From the NCBI GenBank assembly GCA_964402035.1, contig CAYOAM010000003.1:86480-150479 (forward strand): DNA of 64,000 bases. The letters are read 5' to 3'. This DNA comes from an uncultured Candidatus Saccharibacteria bacterium. Lineage in GTDB: Bacteria > Patescibacteriota > Minisyncoccia > Phycocordibacterales > UBA918. The position numbers were made by a program, and so were the translations under genes. The notes under the pieces are model-generated. The model did no database searches. It saw only the letters and a list, made by a program, of their open reading frames with translations, and was not told the DNA's origin. The stretch's first letter is position 1, and every line of letters starts with the position of its first letter. Shown here piece by piece: positions 57,477 through 64,000 of this stretch.

Positions 57477-59227
57477 GGTGTAAGGACGATGACGTTTTGC
57501 TGCATACCACTGACTGAGAGCGGCGAGAGTGAATACGAAGTATATCCGGGAGCAGACACGTCGACGGTATACCCCACTGCGTTTGACATACCGCTAAAAA
57601 AAGTCTGTCCGCACGCTGACGATGTTTCTGTTTTATCAAATACTCCAGCATGCACACGTACGGTCGCGCCAGGAATCGATGCCCCTACTGCAGTGCGTAC
57701 ATGCACACGAAGGGAGTGTGTTGTATGAGGCTCGAGTATTAAAGTCGTGGTAGCTGCAACGCCAGGACTTAAAGCAAATGGCGTCACTGGACAAGCATCG
57801 CTAATATCGTACCCTTCGGCTTGACCATTGATCGAAATATCATATTGGTCCCATTCTAAATTATTGATTTGTACGACACCACTTGCATTAGTGGTGTGCG
57901 TTTTAGAATATTTCAAAACGGGAACTCCAAAAGTATCCGTACCAATATTTTTTGTCCCCTCAAGTGTGAACGTTATATCGGGAATAGGTACGTTTGCCAT
58001 CATGTACGAGAATCGCCATTCATGAACCTGAGGCGTGGCACTTCCATCAAGACTTTGCAAAACCGCCCCAATAGCAAGACGTGGATACGTCGCGACTGGC
58101 AACGTCGCAAGATCAACAGGACTCACGGTCAATCCCGCACTATTGCCAGGCAGATCACTATCTGGAATGAGCGTATACGCACCCGATCCATCCACTGCAT
58201 ATATATAGTATGCTGTTTGTGTTTGTGGATTCAAAACTTCAGACCATTCTGCACGCTCCCATGAAAGCAGCGAGGAAGCAGCTGGCTCAACTACAGTACT
58301 TGTTGCACTTCCCTCTGCTGCATACACGCCAAGCACATTGGTGAGTACCAAATCTCCCCCAAGGGCTTCAACAGATGATGACGATACGGTACCAGTCATA
58401 TCAGGAAATAATCTTGACGTTGTTTGCTCAGTCGGTGGCTCTACCGTCTTTACAGCAAGCGTACTGACCCGATCTATACCAAGATTGACTGTCGAAACAC
58501 CATTTGCTACGACCGCAACATGTGGTGGATTTGGATTTGGGTTCGATGTCGAGGCACTATATGTTTGATCCAAAGAATACCCTACTGCTGTAGCGCTCAC
58601 TTCATATCCACCTGACGCAGGTGCGCCGGGAAACATGGTAATCCCTGCAATGTTCGTGTACGAAGTCACATCGATTGTCGAAGTGGTCGTGTTGTTTACA
58701 ATCCGCACTGCTGCGCCGTCAACCGGTGCAGCTACCGCATCGAATACATTAACAACCAAGGTCCCTCCACCCGCCAGTGTTTCAATTCCTGGCGGGATCA
58801 AGTTCGTAATGAGCGCCACTTCATGAGGGACCCCTTTTATCGTCCACGACACCTCAACTTTTGCACGTTTATAATCGGCAGCAATGCCATTGCTATCAGC
58901 AACACCAGAACCATCCGATGGATCATCAACATATTGAACCAACACGCGTCGATTATATGAAATCCCATTAAGGTCTACAGTCGAATTCTGTGGAATAAGT
59001 CCAGCAGGAATACCCGCAACAGTGCCGACAGAGTCGTATGGAAGACCATGCATGTACTCAAGGTACTTGTTTGCAATCCCAACCGCGCCTGCTTGCGCAC
59101 GCGTCTGTGAACTTACTGCAAGCGTATATTGAAAAACGGTAAAAAGAGCGCCAAACACCACAAGCATGAGTGCAGAAGCAACCAGCACCTCGACAAGTGT
59201 CATGCCTCGCGTGCGGTGATTTTGCAT
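57473..59227 (-). CDS. Large minor pilin (PilV-like N-terminus with about 550-aa extracellular domain)
   Basis: MQNHRTRG/MTLVEVLVASALMLVVFGAL prepilin motif. Start chosen at a Met that avoids overlap with pilC2; the ORF extends to 59278. Confidence 0.6.
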   Translation of the reverse strand: MQNHRTRGMTLVEVLVASALMLVVFGALFTVFQYTLAVSSQTRAQAGAVGIANKYLEYMHGLPYDSVGTVAGIPAGLIPQNSTVDLNGISYNRRVLVQYVDDPSDGSGVADSNGIAADYKRAKVEVSWTIKGVPHEVALITNLIPPGIETLAGGGTLVVNVFDAVAAPVDGAAVRIVNNTTTSTIDVTSYTNIAGITMFPGAPASGGYEVSATAVGYSLDQTYSASTSNPNPNPPHVAVVANGVSTVNLGIDRVSTLAVKTVEPPTEQTTSRLFPDMTGTVSSSSVEALGGDLVLTNVLGVYAAEGSATSTVVEPAASSLLSWERAEWSEVLNPQTQTAYYIYAVDGSGAYTLIPDSDLPGNSAGLTVSPVDLATLPVATYPRLAIGAVLQSLDGSATPQVHEWRFSYMMANVPIPDITFTLEGTKNIGTDTFGVPVLKYSKTHTTNASGVVQINNLEWDQYDISINGQAEGYDISDACPVTPFALSPGVAATTTLILEPHTTHSLRVHVRTAVGASIPGATVRVHAGVFDKTETSSACGQTFFSGMSNAVGYTVDVSAPGYTSYSLSPLSVSGMQQNVIVLTP

Positions 59228-59240
59228 ATTAAACATATGG

Positions 59241-60470
59241 TTATGAGATGCCATCACCAACGGAATAGATAGGTGCAATCATCGCTAGTGCAAAGAAACC
59301 GACACCGCCACCTATCACCACCATAAGTAGCGGCTCAATGATCGTCGAGAGATCTTTTGTCTTGCGATCAACCTCAGACTCATAAAAATCCGCAACCTCA
59401 AGGAGCATATTCGAAATTTGCCCCGTCTCTTCCCCCACCGAAATCATCTCTCCCACTAAGACTGGATAAAGATCCGTGCGTTCAATGAACACCTCCGAGA
59501 GCGATTTGCCTTTTTCAACGCGCACGGCAGCTTCCTTGATAATTTCTTTATAAAATGTGTTTTGTACGACATCACCCGTGATTGTAAGTGCCCCAACAAC
59601 ATCAACACCTGAAGAAAGTAACGAGGAAAGTGTGCGCGCAGTACGTGCGGAATTTACCTCTTTTGCAATATTTCCGATAACCGGAAGACGCACCAAGACC
59701 CATTCAAAACCGCGCCTCCCACGCTTGGTCCGCAAGAGTGACACAAACCCAAAGATGACGAGTGCAATAATGCCAAATGCGGCAAGCGTGTGCTGACTCA
59801 AGAAATCGCTGATTGCAATAATGACTTTTGTTGGGAGTGGCAGATCAATTTTCATCTCTTTGAATGTCGAGGTGAGTGTCGGCACCACATAGATCATCAT
59901 CAAAATACCAATGAGAAACATGATGGCAATGACGATCAAAGGATAGATCATGGCCCCCCTCACTTTTTTTCGAAGTTCCGACGAACGATGGAGTTCGGTG
60001 CCGATGATCGTAAGCGCTTCGGCGAGCGTGCCCCCCTCTTCTCCCGCTCGTACCATCGCAATATAGAGCGAAGAAAAAACTTTTGGATGGCGTGCAAGCG
60101 CCACGTTGAGCTGATCGCCTTTGTTGATATCTTCACGAAGCGAAACCAACACGGATTTCAATTTCAAATTTTTTGTTTGCCGCTCCGCAACCGAAAATGC
60201 ACGGGTGAGTGCAAGTCCGGCTTTGAGCATCGCTGAGAGGTTGCGCGTGAACATCACCAACTCATCACGCTTCACACGTGCAAGGGCTACATTAATGCGG
60301 TCCATCTTGATAAATGCCGAAAAAGAAAACTTCCCTTCCTCGCTTATGGAAATAACTTCGTGGCCATTTTTGCGCGCCACATCATACACATCATAACGAT
60401 CAGCAACTTCCACTTCTTGCTCCACGATGGTGCCGTCAGCTGCTTTTCCTTTATAGGTAAATTTTTTCAC
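59241..60470 (-). CDS. Second GspF-family pilus platform protein
   Basis: 409 aa, GspF domain duplicated, 3 TM helices. About 30% similar to the first pilC. Confidence 0.85.
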   Translation of the reverse strand: MKKFTYKGKAADGTIVEQEVEVADRYDVYDVARKNGHEVISISEEGKFSFSAFIKMDRINVALARVKRDELVMFTRNLSAMLKAGLALTRAFSVAERQTKNLKLKSVLVSLREDINKGDQLNVALARHPKVFSSLYIAMVRAGEEGGTLAEALTIIGTELHRSSELRKKVRGAMIYPLIVIAIMFLIGILMMIYVVPTLTSTFKEMKIDLPLPTKVIIAISDFLSQHTLAAFGIIALVIFGFVSLLRTKRGRRGFEWVLVRLPVIGNIAKEVNSARTARTLSSLLSSGVDVVGALTITGDVVQNTFYKEIIKEAAVRVEKGKSLSEVFIERTDLYPVLVGEMISVGEETGQISNMLLEVADFYESEVDRKTKDLSTIIEPLLMVVIGGGVGFFALAMIAPIYSVGDGIS

Positions 60471-60493
60471 AAAAAGATATTTAGTAAATATGT

Positions 60494-62242
60494 TTATTCC
60501 GAAATAACACGGAGAACTTCTTCTATGGAAGTACGTTTTTGTGCAGCCTTAAAAATCCCATCTTCAACCATCGTCAACATCCCCTCTTTTCGCGCTTGTA
60601 CTTGGATCTCATCTGCCGTTGCATTGCGCATCACCATCTCTTTGAGTGAATTGCTCATGAGCAGTACTTCGTGAATACCGATTCGTCCCTTGTACCCATC
60701 CTCACACTCCGTTGACGCTTTCGGTCGATAAAACGGAATGTTGTTCCACTTTGTTTTTTCATCAATTACTTTTTCGTCGCGCATCACCTGCATCACATGT
60801 TCAAAATCAACATGCTTATCAAGATCCGCCTTCTCTTCTGCCGATAGAAAATATTCTTCTGCTTCGCCACAAAGCTGTCGCACCAAACGCTGCCCGATGA
60901 TGACGCGCAGTGTCGATACGAGGAGAAATGGTTCCATACCCATGTCGCTCAAACGAGCGACTGTTGCGGCAGCTGAGTTCGTGTGCACGGTTGCAAAGAG
61001 CAAGTGTCCCGTGAGCGCTGCATTGACGGCAAGTGACGCCGTTTCTGTATCGCGAATTTCTCCAACCATGATAACGTCAGGGTCTTGACGCATGAGTGAA
61101 CGCAGACCATTCGCAAAGGTGAAGCCCACATTGGGACGCACCTGCGTCTGGTTGATGCGAGGCATCTGATACTCGATCGGATCTTCAATGGTTGAGATAT
61201 TCACTTCGGGCGTATTCAAAACATCGAGCGCAGTGTAGAGCGTTGTTGTCTTTCCAGAACCCGTCGGACCAGTAACCAAGATCATACCCGTCGTTTGCTT
61301 TGTTGCACGATGAATACGCTCGAGTGATTCTCCATGGAAACCTAAACCTTCGAGCGTATAGCCATTGCGCCCTTCACGCAACAGACGCATGACGATCTTT
61401 TCCCCAAAATAGACTGGGAGAACCGACACGCGAAATGCGACTTTCTGTCCCTCAACTTCCATTTTAAATCGTCCGTCTTGCGGTACTCGTTTTTCATCGA
61501 GCTTGAGGTTTGAAAGCACCTTGATACGCGCAACAATCGTTGGCGCAGCACGAGGTGGCAGCGTCATAGCGTCTCGCAAAATACCGTCGATACGATAACG
61601 GACCAGCACCTCGTTCTCCATCGGCTCAATGTGAATATCTGACGCATTCTGCATGATGGCATGCCGCAAGAGTGTATCGACAATACGCACTACCGGCAGA
61701 TCTTCCGCCATTTTCTTGAGATCTTCCTCACTCGTCTCATCGCCCCCTTCCTCCAAGACCTTGAGCGCAGCCGTCTCCTTCATAATGATGTCGCCAAACT
61801 CATCCTTGAGCGTTTTTTGGTACTGACGAAGCGCAATTTTCATTGACTCCGTGTCTGTGAGTCGTGGCAAAATCTTGAGTCCCACCTTTTTCTTAATAAA
61901 ATCGATCGCGGGAAGATCAGCAGTATCGAGCATCGCAACCTCAAGTGAGTCTGCGTGTTTCTCAAATGCAATAATGTTGTGGTTGCGCGCAACCGGTTCG
62001 GGGATGAGCGAGAGCACCTCAAAATCAATCTTGCGATCGGCAAGTGCAATAAACGGAATCCCTAGAACATATGACTCGACACGACGAAGATCATCTTCAC
62101 TGATCGAACCTTGGTTCACGAGCGCTGTTGCAAGCGAGATGTGACTATCTTTTGCAATTTTCGCTGCCGCATCAATATCTTTTTGAGATACGAGGCCGGA
62201 GTCTAGAATGAACCGCTTCAATTGTGTGTCTTGTATACGCAT
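60494..62242 (-). CDS. Second GspE-family pilus/pseudopilus assembly ATPase
   Basis: N-terminal T2SSE_N domain, Walker A GPTGSGKTTT, tetracysteine-less GspE core. Start at internal Met MRIQDTQ. Confidence 0.9.
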   Translation of the reverse strand: MRIQDTQLKRFILDSGLVSQKDIDAAAKIAKDSHISLATALVNQGSISEDDLRRVESYVLGIPFIALADRKIDFEVLSLIPEPVARNHNIIAFEKHADSLEVAMLDTADLPAIDFIKKKVGLKILPRLTDTESMKIALRQYQKTLKDEFGDIIMKETAALKVLEEGGDETSEEDLKKMAEDLPVVRIVDTLLRHAIMQNASDIHIEPMENEVLVRYRIDGILRDAMTLPPRAAPTIVARIKVLSNLKLDEKRVPQDGRFKMEVEGQKVAFRVSVLPVYFGEKIVMRLLREGRNGYTLEGLGFHGESLERIHRATKQTTGMILVTGPTGSGKTTTLYTALDVLNTPEVNISTIEDPIEYQMPRINQTQVRPNVGFTFANGLRSLMRQDPDVIMVGEIRDTETASLAVNAALTGHLLFATVHTNSAAATVARLSDMGMEPFLLVSTLRVIIGQRLVRQLCGEAEEYFLSAEEKADLDKHVDFEHVMQVMRDEKVIDEKTKWNNIPFYRPKASTECEDGYKGRIGIHEVLLMSNSLKEMVMRNATADEIQVQARKEGMLTMVEDGIFKAAQKRTSIEEVLRVISE

Positions 62243-62394
62243 AGCGCACTCACCAAAAGTGAAGTGAATGACTTTAGTATAGCAAGCACTCGCAGAAAAA
62301 AATGCACACAATTATTTTTTACGTGTATAAAAAATAATTGTGTGCCGAAGCAAATGCCCCGTGCATAAAACGCAGCAAAATTGTTTGAGCACTT

Positions 62395-62949
62395 CTAGCT
62401 CGCCATCCGCATTTTGTCTGGCGTATCTGGTCGCAATGTATGAATTATGCGCTCCACTAAAAAGACAGGACTACTTGCATCATCAGGAGTAATGAGCAAC
62501 CTATCACCTCGTTCATCTTTCAAAGGATTTTTGGTGATGTCGAATAAAATACGCGCACCTCGTTCATCTTCAATAAAACAATCGACACCATGTTTGGTAT
62601 CTAACAAGGAACCACGCGAATCAAACAAAGTCAGATGATCCAACCCCTTCTCTTGAAGTAGATGTAGAATTCTGCCCATCACGCTATGCACCGGAGGCAC
62701 TATAGGCCCACGTGCATGTACAAATCTCAGTGCATGCAGGAAATCATCATATTTTTCTAAAGTTTTTGAAAACCGGAACTGAGAAGGGCCCAGCACATCA
62801 TCTTCAAACTGATGACCTGTCTCATCTGAATATAAATCCTCTACACTTTTAATACTCTCACCAGCTGTTGAAACACCTCTCACATTTTCTTTTCGAACGA
62901 GCTGTGGAACCGGTGGTTTTGCTCTGAAATTTTGTTCCCCTAAACGCAT
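62395..62949 (-). CDS. Hypothetical protein upstream of second pilus cluster
   Basis: 184 aa from Met 62949, soluble, no TM, no family recognised. Co-directional and 83 bp upstream of pilB2. Confidence 0.35.
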   Translation of the reverse strand: MRLGEQNFRAKPPVPQLVRKENVRGVSTAGESIKSVEDLYSDETGHQFEDDVLGPSQFRFSKTLEKYDDFLHALRFVHARGPIVPPVHSVMGRILHLLQEKGLDHLTLFDSRGSLLDTKHGVDCFIEDERGARILFDITKNPLKDERGDRLLITPDDASSPVFLVERIIHTLRPDTPDKMRMAS

Positions 62950-63269
62950 AGGGATAGTATAGCAATAATTTTGTACATGCCTCAATTCTAGAATCAATAC
63001 TATAGCAGTAACGTTTCTATTTTTTGACAAACCCAAAAAAGAGAGTACTATGAGGGGACCTGTTTCTGTCGACCGCGCGGTCGGCATTTTTGTTAGGAAA
63101 CTGCGGGAAATTTTATAAAAATACCAAGTAAAATAAGGGTTTTTATAAAATCGATGCCATACGAGACGCCGACGAGTAAAGATCCCGAGGCGTATTTGAT
63201 ATACGATGAGGGTCTTTGCAAGGAAGGCAACGATGTAGGGCGCGATTTTAGGAAAACCCGCACCATATT

Positions 63270-64000
63270 ATGTTTGATTTAAAGGTAATAAATTCGGTAA
63301 TCGATCAACTCGAAGAAGAGCGGGGTATTCCACGTGCCAAAATGATCGATGCCGTGGAGCAAGCGCTCGCAACCGCCTATAAAAAGGAGTTTGGGAAACG
63401 CGGACAGATCGTACGTGCCAAGTTTGATATTACAACTGGCACCACGGAGTTCAACCAGATCAAGATTGTAGTGGATGAAACGACCATTTTTGAGAGCGAT
63501 GAAGCGCTCCCTGAAGAGCCAGAGCGCGACCGCCGTGAGTCTCGCGAAGCCGCCGAAAAAGTACCCACCGAAGACGCACGTGTACGCTTTGACCCTGAAA
63601 AACACATAATGATCGCTGATGCGCGCTATATAAAGAACGATGTGAAAGTGGGCGACGAACTGGTGTTCCCGCTTGAGTCAAAGGACGACTTTGGTCGTAT
63701 TGCCGCACAAACTGCTAAGCAGGTCATCATCCAGAAGATTCGTGAAGCAGAAAAAGAGTCAGCACTTGCTGAATTTGAAAAGAAAGAAGGCGAAATTATC
63801 GTTGGTATAGTGCAGCGCTTTGAACGCGGCAATCTCTATGTAGATCTCGGACGTATAACGGGCGTGATGCCATACGACCAGCAGATCCCCGGGGAACGCT
63901 ACCGACCAGGTGAGCGCATCCGTGCACTTCTCCTCTCGGTTGAAGAAACACCACGCGGCATTTTCCTCAAATTGTCACGATCACACCCTGATTTCCTCGC
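63270..64000 (+). CDS. nusA: Transcription termination/antitermination factor NusA (5' part, continues past window)
   Basis: MFDLKVINSVIDQLEEERGIPRAKMIDAVEQALATAYKKEFGKRGQIVRAKFD (NusA N-terminal domain), then S1-like GEIIVGIVQRFERGNLYVDLG. Confidence 0.85.
   Translation, partial: MFDLKVINSVIDQLEEERGIPRAKMIDAVEQALATAYKKEFGKRGQIVRAKFDITTGTTEFNQIKIVVDETTIFESDEALPEEPERDRRESREAAEKVPTEDARVRFDPEKHIMIADARYIKNDVKVGDELVFPLESKDDFGRIAAQTAKQVIIQKIREAEKESALAEFEKKEGEIIVGIVQRFERGNLYVDLGRITGVMPYDQQIPGERYRPGERIRALLLSVEETPRGIFLKLSRSHPDFL

Noticed and set aside
1-64000. Alternative genetic code (UGA recoding, as in some Patescibacteria)
   Set aside because: Conserved genes (recG, ftsH, EF-Tu, EF-G and others) end at TGA and align full-length with standard-code orthologs.

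Overview
64-kb window, roughly 50% GC and gene-dense, using the standard genetic code (several well-conserved genes end in TGA, e.g. recG). No CRISPR array, transposase or pilus secretin was found. The gene content is consistent with a small-genome monoderm bacterium, possibly CPR/Patescibacteria-like; that placement is inference only.

Main content, start to end:
- A complete monoderm-style type IV pilus operon on the minus strand (1..10076): pilM-pilN-pilO-small membrane protein-pilB-CheY-like receiver-pilT-pilC-two tandem pilins-pilD-a third, truncated pilin. It is divergently transcribed from comFC.
- A tRNA-Ser(GCT) locus flanked by duplicated tRNA termini and hairpin repeats.
- A cupredoxin-like membrane protein, malic enzyme and recG.
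- An AT-rich islet carrying tRNA-Ile(UAU) and an HTH/LAGLIDADG-like gene.
- A Cys-rich small ORF upstream of a HlyD/FtsX/ABC exporter.
- ftsH, then smpB-ssrA (tmRNA) followed by a remnant duplicate of the tmRNA terminus.
- An unusual protein with two RNA polymerase alpha C-terminal-domain-like repeats.
- Cohesin/dockerin and thrombospondin-type-3 repeat surface proteins, plus an unpaired response regulator and PAS histidine kinase.
- infC-rpmI-rplT, a GFA-family protein and pirin.
- The str/S10 region rpsL-rpsG-[insertion]-fusA-[three tandem secreted paralogs]-tuf-rpsJ, interrupted twice by lineage-specific genes.
- M50 peptidase, rpmB, and ComEC split into separate metallo-beta-lactamase-domain and channel genes.
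- A divergent desaturase/superoxide dismutase pair, rnhA, recJ, a HIT protein and pgk-tpiA.
- A second, ComG-like pilus/pseudopilus cluster (pilB2-pilC2 plus three large minor pilins).
- The 5' part of nusA at the window end.
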